Assembly (NCBI GenBank): GCA_028680705.1
Contig: JAQUJY010000005.1
Location: 58-64,057 of the forward strand
Length of the DNA stretch: 64,000 bases
Direction: 5' to 3'
Origin: Bacteroidales bacterium
Lineage (GTDB): Bacteria > Bacteroidota > Bacteroidia > Bacteroidales > Tenuifilaceae
Under the pieces are notes generated by a model. That model was not told where the DNA came from. It made no database searches and was given only the letters and a program-made list of their open reading frames with translations. Position 1 is the first letter of the stretch. The number at the start of each line of letters is the position of its first letter. This document shows, piece after piece, positions 19,100-28,381 of the stretch. Both the position numbers and the translations under genes were made by a program.

Positions 19100-20749
19100 A
19101 TGGAAAAAAGTTTTGTTAGACTGATTGAGGAGAGTGTTAAGCAGAACTGGGATTTACCGGCATTCTCAGATTACAAAGGCGCTACTTTTCACTATCATGA
19201 TTTAGCCCGAAAGATTGAAAAGATTCACATTATTTTTCAGAAAACAGGTATTAAACAAGGCGACAAGATTGCACTTATTGGTCGTAACTCGTCGCATTGG
19301 GCTGTAGCCTTTTTGGCAATTGTAACCTACGGTGCAGTTGTTGTTCCTATTTTACCCGATTTTAAGGCCGATAATGTGCATCACATTGTTAACCATTCTG
19401 ATTCAGTAGCGCTCTTTACAGGTGAACCTATTTGGGAAAATCTCAACGAGTCGCAAATGCTCAATGTTAAGTGCATCATATCGCTTGGTAAATTTGATAT
19501 TCTGCATGAGAACACCCCTTTTTCTGTTACTGATATTAGGAGTGATGTTGACCGGTTATTTGCTGAGAGGTATCCAAATGACCTTTTGCCAAGCGATATT
19601 AAGTATTACTCCAAGGAGAAACCCGATGATGTTTGCGTTATTAACTACACAAGCGGAACAACTGGTTTTTCAAAAGGGGTGATGTTGCCTTATCGAAGTA
19701 TGTGGAGCAATATGATTTTTGCTGCTGAGGTTATTAAGCTGAAACCTGGAGATAATCATGTCTCTATTTTACCTATGGCGCATACGTATGGTGCTGCTTT
19801 TGAGTTTATTTACCAGGTGACAAAAGGTTGCCATATTCATTTTTTAACTCGTAATCCATCGCCTAAAATTATTCTTGAGGCTTTTAACAGTATCAGACCA
19901 AATCTTGTTGTTTCTGTTCCGCTTATCATTGAAAAAATTTACAGAAAAAATATTCTAGAGGCACTTAAACGACCATCGTTACGATTTCTTCTTAAGGTTC
20001 CGATTATTGACAGAAGGATAAAAAAAGAAATAAACAAAAAGTTAAGGTCAATATTTGGCGATAACTTTATTGAGGTAATTATTGGTGGCGCAGCACTAAA
20101 CCCTGAAGTAGAGACTTTTTTAAAAGATATTGGTTTCCGCTATACTGTTGGGTATGGAATGACAGAGTGTGGACCCATTATAACCTACGATTCATGGAAA
20201 ACAACCAAACTTTACTCAGCAGGGAAGTCGGTAGTTAATATGGAGGTGAAAATTGACTCGCATGACCCTCAAAATATTGTTGGTGAAATATTGGTTAAAG
20301 GAACAAATGTTATGCTGGGTTACTACAAGAATGAAGAGGCAACAAAGCAAGTTTTAGGCTCCGATGGGTGGTTTCGCACCGGCGATTTGGGCGTAATCGA
20401 TGCCGATGGGTACCTTTTCATCAAAGGGCGAAGTAAAAACATGATTTTAGGCTCTAGTGGTCAAAATATTTACCCAGAGGAAATAGAGGGATTAATTGAT
20501 AACTTGCCCTATGTTCAAGAGTCTTTAGTTGTTGAGCAGGAAGGAAGGCTTACTGCTTTAATTTTTCCAGATTTTGATTCAGCCGATAGGGATGAAATTA
20601 AAACCGCCGATTTGGATAGTATAATGGAGGAGAATAGGGTAGAAGTAAACAAAATTCTTCCATCGTTTAGCCAAATAGCAAGGGTGAAACTTTACCCAGA
20701 AGAGTTTGAAAAAACTCCCAAGCGAAGCATCAAACGATATCTTTATTGA
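19100..20749 (+). CDS. AMP-dependent synthetase / long-chain acyl-CoA ligase
   Basis: AMP-binding motifs YTSGTTGFSKGVML, GYGMTECGP and TGDLG. 549 aa. Confidence 0.85.
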   Translation: MEKSFVRLIEESVKQNWDLPAFSDYKGATFHYHDLARKIEKIHIIFQKTGIKQGDKIALIGRNSSHWAVAFLAIVTYGAVVVPILPDFKADNVHHIVNHSDSVALFTGEPIWENLNESQMLNVKCIISLGKFDILHENTPFSVTDIRSDVDRLFAERYPNDLLPSDIKYYSKEKPDDVCVINYTSGTTGFSKGVMLPYRSMWSNMIFAAEVIKLKPGDNHVSILPMAHTYGAAFEFIYQVTKGCHIHFLTRNPSPKIILEAFNSIRPNLVVSVPLIIEKIYRKNILEALKRPSLRFLLKVPIIDRRIKKEINKKLRSIFGDNFIEVIIGGAALNPEVETFLKDIGFRYTVGYGMTECGPIITYDSWKTTKLYSAGKSVVNMEVKIDSHDPQNIVGEILVKGTNVMLGYYKNEEATKQVLGSDGWFRTGDLGVIDADGYLFIKGRSKNMILGSSGQNIYPEEIEGLIDNLPYVQESLVVEQEGRLTALIFPDFDSADRDEIKTADLDSIMEENRVEVNKILPSFSQIARVKLYPEEFEKTPKRSIKRYLY

Positions 20750-20796
20750 TATCCAGTTAATTGTTGAATTTAATAAATAACTTATAATAATACATA

Positions 20797-21906
20797 ATGA
20801 ATAGTAAAAACAGACCCAAACGTTCCGATATATATTGTGTGATAATGGCAGGTGGAATAGGGAGCCGCTTTTGGCCCTTGAGCAGAACAAATAAGCCAAA
20901 GCAATTCCTCGATATACTAGGAACAGGCAAGTCGTTAATACAGCAAACCTTTATACGGGTAACTAAATTTTGTGACCCACAGAATGTGTATATTGTTACC
21001 GGCTCTGTGTACAAAGATCAGGTTAAGGAGCACCTTCCAGAAATCTCGGATAGCCAGTTATTGCTTGAGCCAATGCGTCGTAATACTGCGCCATGTATAG
21101 CCCTTGCATATCAGGTAATTCGTAAGCAGAATCCCAATGCAATTATCGTAGTTGCTCCCAGCGACCATTTGGTTTTAGAGCCAGAGGAGTTTATCAAAAC
21201 CATAAATCAGTCCATTACTTTTGCTTCGCAAAATGATGCACTACTTACCATTGGGATTAAGCCCAGTCGACCTGAAACCGGATATGGATATATCCAAATC
21301 TCAGGTGACCCTGATAAGGCAATTCCTTCACTATACAAGGTAAAAACCTTTACTGAGAAGCCTGATCTTGAGTTGGCCAAAGTGTTTCTTGAATCAGGAG
21401 AGTTTTACTGGAACTCAGGTATTTTTGTTTGGTCAATAAAAGCTATTGATTCTGCATACAGTAAGCATCTCCCTGAGATTCACGGGCTGTTTGAGGGAGT
21501 GTACAATAAACTTGGAACCAAGCAACAGGATGATGCTGTTGATACTGTTTATGCTGAGTGCAACAGTGTTTCCATCGATTATGGGGTGTTGGAAAAAGCC
21601 GAAAACGTATATGTTATTTGCTCTGAGTTTGGTTGGTCCGATTTAGGTACCTGGGGCTCCCTTTATCAGAATAGCAGTAAAGATGAGAATGGCAACGTGT
21701 TGGGCAATAGCAACGCTTTGGTATATGATGTGAAAGATTCTATTATTAATCTTCAAGGCGACAAACTTGCTGTATTACAGGGTTTAGATGGTTATATTGT
21801 GGTAGAATCGGATGAGGTGCTTTTAGTTTGCAAGAAAGATAACGAGCAGGAGATAAAGAAATATCAAAATGATGTACTGATTGAGAAAGGCGAAAAGTAT
21901 ATATAG
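20797..21906 (+). CDS. manC: Mannose-1-phosphate guanylyltransferase
   Basis: N-terminal nucleotidyltransferase motif MAGGIGSRFWPLSR..KPKQFL. Size and layout are typical of the family. Confidence 0.8.
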   Translation: MNSKNRPKRSDIYCVIMAGGIGSRFWPLSRTNKPKQFLDILGTGKSLIQQTFIRVTKFCDPQNVYIVTGSVYKDQVKEHLPEISDSQLLLEPMRRNTAPCIALAYQVIRKQNPNAIIVVAPSDHLVLEPEEFIKTINQSITFASQNDALLTIGIKPSRPETGYGYIQISGDPDKAIPSLYKVKTFTEKPDLELAKVFLESGEFYWNSGIFVWSIKAIDSAYSKHLPEIHGLFEGVYNKLGTKQQDDAVDTVYAECNSVSIDYGVLEKAENVYVICSEFGWSDLGTWGSLYQNSSKDENGNVLGNSNALVYDVKDSIINLQGDKLAVLQGLDGYIVVESDEVLLVCKKDNEQEIKKYQNDVLIEKGEKYI

Positions 21907-21925
21907 AAATAGTAAAATAAAAAAA

Positions 21926-21956
21926 GGCAGCCTTTGTTACAGAGGCTGCCTTTTTT
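21926..21956. terminator. Bidirectional rho-independent terminator between manC and gldN
   Basis: GGCAGCCT...AGGCTGCC forms an 8-bp GC-rich stem. It is preceded by an A-run and followed by TTTTTT. It lies between the convergent gene ends at 21906 and 21975. Confidence 0.75.
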
Positions 21957-21974
21957 ATGAGTCCTTTTCAAGGA

Positions 21975-22865
21975 TTAATACTCCCAAAGGTCATGCTCAA
22001 AGGTAAACATTTCGCTCCTAATTCGTTCTGATTCCTGCATGTTAGGAATACCTCCAAAGGTATACACTGAAATCCTTCGGTTATCGAATACGTTAGATTC
22101 CTGAACAATGTATGAGCTAAACTTTCTTTTGAAGAAGATATCATCGAACGAATTTCTTTGGGCATCATTCGTTTCATTGAATACAGCAGTGTTGGCAAGT
22201 ATTGAACGAGCGTGTGGATAGTAAATCCAGAATAGCCTCATCCTAAGGAGTTCCCCTCCCATTTCAAGGTCTTCTTGCCCTTGAGCGATACGGGTGTAAA
22301 CCCTAATGGGACATATTCCAATAATTCTTACCTGCATTGTAGAGTGTTGTCTATCAAAAAACCACTCCTCTTTAATTTCAAGTTCTCTTACCTGGGTCCA
22401 GTTTATGCTTCCCGGAATAATGATTGTTGTGTCGCGTCCCGTAGTTGGGCTTATATCCTGCCTCTCTGTATCTTGGGCACCAAGTTTTGTTAATATCTGA
22501 TCGTAGGAGATTAAGGTAGAGAACTCATCATCAACATCCGCATCGTAAGCGTTAATCTCATTATACTTAATTGCATCCATTAAGCGCTGAACAAGGCTAG
22601 ACCTATCGTACATACGGACGGTTGGAAAGTATAGCGGATGATTCATCCTTTCCCTTAGGTCAAGATTTCGCCATATTCTTCTTGTCCACATCATGTCAGC
22701 TTCGCGCAGATGGGGATATGGGATAGGAATGCGTTGTTTTATAGTTTCCCTTTCGTAAACTCCGTCGTTAACCAATGGTTCGTTAACCTCTCTTTGTGCA
22801 ATGCCGTTTAACGATGAAGCTAAGAGTAATGTTCCGCTAAGTAAGAAAAAAGCTATTCTTTTCAT
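21975..22865 (-). CDS. gldN: Type IX secretion / gliding motility protein GldN (PorN)
   Basis: Signal peptide. It has the position of the last gene of the porP-K-L-M-N cluster and the conserved C-terminal region including the terminal FEHDLWEY. Confidence 0.85.
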   Translation of the reverse strand: MKRIAFFLLSGTLLLASSLNGIAQREVNEPLVNDGVYERETIKQRIPIPYPHLREADMMWTRRIWRNLDLRERMNHPLYFPTVRMYDRSSLVQRLMDAIKYNEINAYDADVDDEFSTLISYDQILTKLGAQDTERQDISPTTGRDTTIIIPGSINWTQVRELEIKEEWFFDRQHSTMQVRIIGICPIRVYTRIAQGQEDLEMGGELLRMRLFWIYYPHARSILANTAVFNETNDAQRNSFDDIFFKRKFSSYIVQESNVFDNRRISVYTFGGIPNMQESERIRSEMFTFEHDLWEY

Positions 22866-22876
22866 AATTGAAAGTG

Positions 22877-24511
22877 TTATCTAATTCTGTAAACTATATC
22901 ATTGAGATCGCGACTTCTACCATCGGGACCAACTGCTTTAACATCAATAATATTAACGGTCTGCCCGCTTCTAAGACCATCAAAAAGCCTTCGCTGATCG
23001 TCGGTTATAAGTTGATTAGTTGAAGAGGCTGTACGGGTAAATCCTCCAACTGTAGCCATTACAGTAAATCCAGTAATGCTAAACGATAGGTCAAAATCAA
23101 AACCTTCAGGCATTCGAGCTTCAACGGCAAGCGAAACGGCTAGTTCGTTTTTGTTTACAATGCGCGAAGTAATGCCCCTAACGCTAGGGATTGGGTCGGG
23201 AACCTCACGTATCCTGAATTCACGAGTACCCATACTTCTCCTTTTGCCCTCAATCTCGGCCAATACTGTAACGTTGCATTTGTTACCTCTCCCTGGGTTA
23301 ACAGTAAAAGTACTTCCAGAGCGACGTATGGTTCCACCTCCATCTATGTTTGCTACAATCTTATCCATTGAAATTCCTGGTATGGAGATATCAACAGGAT
23401 TATCAACGCCTCTATAGAAAACGTTCATTTTAGTGGGAGACACAACTACGTTAGGCTGTGCAACTTCAAATGTATGGTTAAATGGTCTTCTGAATTTAGT
23501 TCCATCAGGTCCTGTAACCTCTAACAATCCCGACCATTTGTTGGTTCCAAGTCGGGTTGCCCTTCTGTTGAATATCCCCTTACCACCTTCAACGGGAATC
23601 TCTTCGAAAGAACCCACCATTCTGAAATCTTCATTTCCTTGTTCAGTAGTAAAGGACTCATATTGGCCAATGTAAACTGTCGGGACCTGTGTTGTGTCGG
23701 ATGCTGCAAGAAATATATCAGCGCTAAATTCGTTACCTTGTATAACGTAATCGGATTTAGGAATAACAACAGCATCTAGCTTGTTAACCTTAAAGTCACT
23801 TGCATCAACCTGTTGAAGTAGGTGAGCAACAACTTCAGCTTCTACATTAAGTATGTCGAGTTGTATTTTAGTTAACTGAGGAAATATGGCAACAAGGGGA
23901 ATGTGATCAAATCGAGTTGATTCCCATGAATGCGCCGTCCCGTCGGGTGCTGGAGGTGGATCATCAGTGTATAGAAGGGTATTAATAGATTGTACCAATT
24001 GTTTGCCTAGGTCGGGGTCAATTAGGCCTTCCATGTATGCTCTGTATTCAATAATCTTATTCTTCAATTCAGAGGCTTTACCATCTGATTTATCAGTTCC
24101 AAGAAAAACTCTACCACTCACGTTGGTATCACCTTTTCCTTTAATATTCTTAGTGTCTACTTCATTTCCTCCCACTAACGCAGGTGATGTTTCGTCCTCA
24201 GCAGTTACAATTGTAAGTACCTTTAAATCTTGAATATACTTACTTAACTCAGCCGTTTTAGTACGGATAGCGTCTGTAATCGCTTTCGCATCGCCAACCT
24301 TTTTTGGATTCACTGTATAAGCGTTATCCATTTGGTTGTAAAGTCTCTCGTTTTTAATAGAGAAACTTCGTGCTGTTTGTGAAAGGCCAGAATCTACGAG
24401 GACGAAAGCATCTAGTACTGTTGCCGAAACGTTCAGTGCGAGCATAGCAGTAAGTACTAGGTACATCATACCTATCATTTTCTGTCTTGGTGTTTCTTTT
24501 CCATGAGCCAT
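22877..24511 (-). CDS. gldM: Type IX secretion / gliding motility protein GldM (PorM)
   Basis: The N-terminus TPRQKMIGMMYLVLTAMLALNVS is the GldM signature TM region. 544 aa. Confidence 0.9.
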   Translation of the reverse strand: MAHGKETPRQKMIGMMYLVLTAMLALNVSATVLDAFVLVDSGLSQTARSFSIKNERLYNQMDNAYTVNPKKVGDAKAITDAIRTKTAELSKYIQDLKVLTIVTAEDETSPALVGGNEVDTKNIKGKGDTNVSGRVFLGTDKSDGKASELKNKIIEYRAYMEGLIDPDLGKQLVQSINTLLYTDDPPPAPDGTAHSWESTRFDHIPLVAIFPQLTKIQLDILNVEAEVVAHLLQQVDASDFKVNKLDAVVIPKSDYVIQGNEFSADIFLAASDTTQVPTVYIGQYESFTTEQGNEDFRMVGSFEEIPVEGGKGIFNRRATRLGTNKWSGLLEVTGPDGTKFRRPFNHTFEVAQPNVVVSPTKMNVFYRGVDNPVDISIPGISMDKIVANIDGGGTIRRSGSTFTVNPGRGNKCNVTVLAEIEGKRRSMGTREFRIREVPDPIPSVRGITSRIVNKNELAVSLAVEARMPEGFDFDLSFSITGFTVMATVGGFTRTASSTNQLITDDQRRLFDGLRSGQTVNIIDVKAVGPDGRSRDLNDIVYRIR

Positions 24512-24537
24512 AAAGCGTAGGAGCTACAAATTTAACA

Positions 24538-25782
24538 TTATGCATTATTCGACATAACACCCATGGCCGAAAGCATATTCCCATAGACGGTGTTAAGCGA
24601 TGCAATATTTTGGTTAAGTTTTGCTATTGAATCAGCATACTTCTCAGTTTCATCAATTGAAGTTTTGAGCTTCTTCATCATGCCTTCAACCCCAGAGTAT
24701 ACCTCTTGTGATTCCTTCAGCTTTTCTGATGTTCCCTGAAGATGTAACTCATGAGCTGCATTGAGGGCTGCCATATTTTTATTTAATCGATTAAGCTGTT
24801 CTTGGTATCCCCCACTTCCCTCAGATATTGCATCACCATTAACTTTCATGGCTTCAGCCATTTGCATATATGTGCTCACCAGGCTCCCAGCAGCTGAACT
24901 GACTTGGCTTGCTACTTCACTACCCGATTGAACAATTCTTTCCTTTACTTTCTCACCTGCTTCGGTGAGATGATTTTCAAGATTTCCAACGGAACGTTCA
25001 ACTCCACCCATAAAGTTTTGTCCACTTTCCGATACTGTTCCAGCTGTCTTCTGGAAACTTTCAGAAAGGATGTTTAGCGATTCGTTAAGTACCTGTCCGT
25101 TGTTTTGGTAACTATCGGAGAAATTACTTACAGAGTCATTGGCCTTTTTCATGGTCTGAGCAAAGGCAGTTGAGGCTGATGCAGCATCAGAAATGTCAGA
25201 AATCTTGGCAGTAGTATCGCTAAGCTTATTAAGCCCTTTGCTTATTTTATCGAATAGTTCGGGGCCAATCTCTGCGTTTTCTAACATCTTATTAAACTTG
25301 TCAGTAAATATCATACCAGCTGAACCAGCTGCTACGTATTTAGGTTGAGCAGAAACATTGCCTGAAGATTTGGGAGCTTGATCCACCCCTGCGCTACTTG
25401 AAGACTGTTGGATTTGGCCTGTCCCTCCGCCACCTGTTGCGGCCATAACACTGGTGATAATATCTTTCAAATCCTCTGAGTTTATCCCTTCAAGCCCAGC
25501 ACCTTTCCTATACTTTCTTAATTCTTCCTCATCAGTCATTCCTGCAAGCTCAGGATAAACCAAAGTCCAGTCCACTTCATCGTGAATGGGCTCAAAGCCT
25601 GAGAAGAAGAATATAGCGACCTCAGTTGACATGCCTATGGTTAACATTACACCTGCACCAGGCCAATACATTAGTTTAAAGAGTGCCCCTAGAAGAACAA
25701 GTGATGCTCCCCAAGCATAAAGGTACTTCATGAAAACTCTCCACTTTTCCCCTTGTACGATTTCGGATATATTGAATCCCAT
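24538..25782 (-). CDS. gldL: Type IX secretion / gliding motility protein GldL (PorL), long form
   Basis: Two N-terminal TM helices (WGASLVLLGALFKLMYWPGAG ... EVAIFFFSGFEP) and the conserved C-terminal LNTVYGNMLSAM. A long Ser/Ala/Glu-rich central insert brings it to 414 aa. Confidence 0.85.
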   Translation of the reverse strand: MGFNISEIVQGEKWRVFMKYLYAWGASLVLLGALFKLMYWPGAGVMLTIGMSTEVAIFFFSGFEPIHDEVDWTLVYPELAGMTDEEELRKYRKGAGLEGINSEDLKDIITSVMAATGGGGTGQIQQSSSSAGVDQAPKSSGNVSAQPKYVAAGSAGMIFTDKFNKMLENAEIGPELFDKISKGLNKLSDTTAKISDISDAASASTAFAQTMKKANDSVSNFSDSYQNNGQVLNESLNILSESFQKTAGTVSESGQNFMGGVERSVGNLENHLTEAGEKVKERIVQSGSEVASQVSSAAGSLVSTYMQMAEAMKVNGDAISEGSGGYQEQLNRLNKNMAALNAAHELHLQGTSEKLKESQEVYSGVEGMMKKLKTSIDETEKYADSIAKLNQNIASLNTVYGNMLSAMGVMSNNA

Positions 25783-25830
25783 TGTGATGATAGAGTTAAG
25801 TTTAAACTTTTATTTACTTAGTCTTTCGGG

Positions 25831-27165
25831 TTATTTTGCGCCAGTATAGGTTCTAACACATCTAAAGCCAATATGTGTTGTTGCACTATCCTGATATTCA
25901 AAAGTTCTAGTTCCAACCTGAAGAAAATATCCAATATCTTTCCAGCTACCGCCCCTTACGACCTTACGCTTAAGAGCGGGCGGGTCATTGGGCTTCGCAT
26001 TATATTTGTAATCAGGGTTCATATCGTGCATAAAAATGTACGCACTTTCGTCAAAAGCATTAGCTGTCCATTCTGCTACGTTTCCAGACATATCATAAAG
26101 TCCGTAGTCATTAGGTTCGTAACTACCAACAGGGACTGTAATGAAACCACCATCGTCTACATAATTGCCTCTTAACGGCTTAAAGTTTGCGAGGAAACAT
26201 CCTTCGGAGTTACGGGTGTAAGGACCACCCCAAGGGAACATGCTATGATCTAAAGTACCACGTGCTGCATACTCCCATTCCGCTTCATTTGGCAATCTAT
26301 AATCAGAAACAAATGATTGACCACTAGCAGCAAGGTACTTGTTTAAGTATTGCGTTCTCCAAATGGTAAAAGCGTAAGCCTGTCGCCACGATATGCCAAC
26401 TACAGGGTAATTATCGTAAGAGGGATGCCAAAAGTAATGCGTAGCGTAGGGTTCATTGTATGAGTAACTGAAGTCGCTAATCCATGCAAGTGTATCAGGA
26501 TATACATTAACCTTATCTCTTATGATAAATGATGAACGGCTAGTTACTCTAACGGGAACTCCCATTTGATTAGTAATTTCAGCATTCTCTTCGTATGAGC
26601 CTGTTTCAAAGTTCCATCGGTTCTTTTTCTTTGCTGCCTGTTGCAGGTCTATCCAGAAAAATTCGTAGTTGAGTTTACGGGTGTCAATTTCCTTGCGAAA
26701 GTAAAAACTCTCTTCTTTGGTGTAATACATCTCCCTGAGAATTTCTTGTTGTTCCTCATCTCTTTTATCTATGGGCACCTTCCAATTAAGTACAGGCGGG
26801 TCTATTGGGTTGCCAAATTCATCTTCCTCAATGGCGTAGTCGTCAATTTGTTGGCTTAATAGTCTGCGTGCAATCGAATCTCTAACATAGAATACGAACT
26901 GTCGGTACTGATTATTAGTGATCTCAGTCTGATCCATCCAAAAAGCATCAACAGAAACAGTTCTGGTTGGTGCATTAATGGAATGAGCCACATCCTGATC
27001 ATTACTACCCATGTTGAAAGACCCCATAGGTACAAAAACCATATTATAAGGTGTTGGATCCTGATAGCCTTTACGGCCAGGAACACCCACAAGTTCTCCA
27101 CGATCGGTGGGAGCACATCCACTTATGATGGCAGCGAGAACAGTAAAAACAAGAAATTTTCTCAT
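25831..27165 (-). CDS. gldK: Type IX secretion / gliding motility lipoprotein GldK (PorK), FGE-sulfatase/SUMF1-like fold
   Basis: Lipoprotein signal (AAIISGCAP). SUMF1-like motifs GNVAEW, RGGSW and GFRCV. Confidence 0.9.
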   Translation of the reverse strand: MRKFLVFTVLAAIISGCAPTDRGELVGVPGRKGYQDPTPYNMVFVPMGSFNMGSNDQDVAHSINAPTRTVSVDAFWMDQTEITNNQYRQFVFYVRDSIARRLLSQQIDDYAIEEDEFGNPIDPPVLNWKVPIDKRDEEQQEILREMYYTKEESFYFRKEIDTRKLNYEFFWIDLQQAAKKKNRWNFETGSYEENAEITNQMGVPVRVTSRSSFIIRDKVNVYPDTLAWISDFSYSYNEPYATHYFWHPSYDNYPVVGISWRQAYAFTIWRTQYLNKYLAASGQSFVSDYRLPNEAEWEYAARGTLDHSMFPWGGPYTRNSEGCFLANFKPLRGNYVDDGGFITVPVGSYEPNDYGLYDMSGNVAEWTANAFDESAYIFMHDMNPDYKYNAKPNDPPALKRKVVRGGSWKDIGYFLQVGTRTFEYQDSATTHIGFRCVRTYTGAK

Positions 27166-27224
27166 AACACTCCGATTATTAATTGCAAATAACGTAAAAA
27201 TATTCTAAATGCTTTTATTTTTGG

Positions 27225-28151
27225 CTACAAAAAACGTATACTTTTATACTGCTGAGGTGGTTTGTCCTTCTTCAGCGTAAAACAGTATCCTATCATAAAC
27301 TCATGTGAGCCATTGTTGTAACTACTTATATCTGTCGTTGAAAAATCGTATGCATAGCCTATTCGCATTCCAGAAAACAGTTCAAACCCTACCATACCAA
27401 TAATTGCTTCTCCTACACGATATGAAACGCCACCCCAAAACCTTTTATTGTACACTACATTTGTTGTTACCGATAATTGATTTGTTACGAGGTTACTATT
27501 GATAATTACTGAAGGGTTAAACTCCCACGATGGGTTAGGCATTTCGAGGTAATACCCTCCAGTAAGATAGAAATGGCGCTTATAATGTGTTTCATACTCG
27601 TTATAGTACGGTGTTTGGTTCAAATGGGTTGCAGAAAAGCCAAAATACATTTCATTATTGCTATAAAATACTCCTGCGCCCATGTCAAAATTAATGGCAT
27701 TTTGTTTTCCCTGTGGAACTGCATTATCGCTTGAGCCGTCAGGAAAATTCCAAGTTGGGTCAAGGGTATTGTTAATAACACCACCGTTAAGCCCAATGGC
27801 GAGTGTGCCTCCGCCGCTTACTTTAAATCGAACAGCATACGATAGGCTTACTCCAAGATCTTTGTTGAAGCCAAACTGATCGTTAAGGATATTTAGCCCT
27901 ACTCCGCTTGAGAGACCAAATGGTTTGATGGCCGCATTAACGTTTACTACCGTAACATTAGGGGTTCCTTCGCCAAATCCTGTCCATTGTAAGCGGTTAA
28001 TAGCGGTAGCACAAATCATATCGCTACTGCCTGCATAGGCTGGGTTTATGGCCATTTGGTTAAACATATTGTGACTAAACAAAGGGTCTTGTTGAGCCCA
28101 AAGGGACAAGGATGTGAAAAGCAATAGCGTAAGAAAAATTTTTTTCATCAA
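27225..28151 (-). CDS. porP: PorP/SprF-family type IX secretion system membrane protein
   Basis: Signal peptide followed by QQDPLFSHNMFNQMAINPAYAGS, the PorP/SprF signature. Beta-barrel pattern. It lies directly upstream of gldK. Confidence 0.85.
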   Translation of the reverse strand: MMKKIFLTLLLFTSLSLWAQQDPLFSHNMFNQMAINPAYAGSSDMICATAINRLQWTGFGEGTPNVTVVNVNAAIKPFGLSSGVGLNILNDQFGFNKDLGVSLSYAVRFKVSGGGTLAIGLNGGVINNTLDPTWNFPDGSSDNAVPQGKQNAINFDMGAGVFYSNNEMYFGFSATHLNQTPYYNEYETHYKRHFYLTGGYYLEMPNPSWEFNPSVIINSNLVTNQLSVTTNVVYNKRFWGGVSYRVGEAIIGMVGFELFSGMRIGYAYDFSTTDISSYNNGSHEFMIGYCFTLKKDKPPQQYKSIRFL

Positions 28152-28381
28152 ATTGTGCCTTAAGCCCGTTTGTACATAACTTTAACAATGAAGGTAAAGT
28201 AACTAAAAATATTTTTCTCCAACAAACTTTATTAACAATTATATGTTGATAAACCTCAACAAAACAACATTAGCTTATACTTGGATTTGATTTAAATGTT
28301 TCCTTTCGTGTTTTTTTTATACCAAGTACAAATATTGGATGACCAAATTGTTCTTTTATTCCATTAATGGGAGGCGATGAT

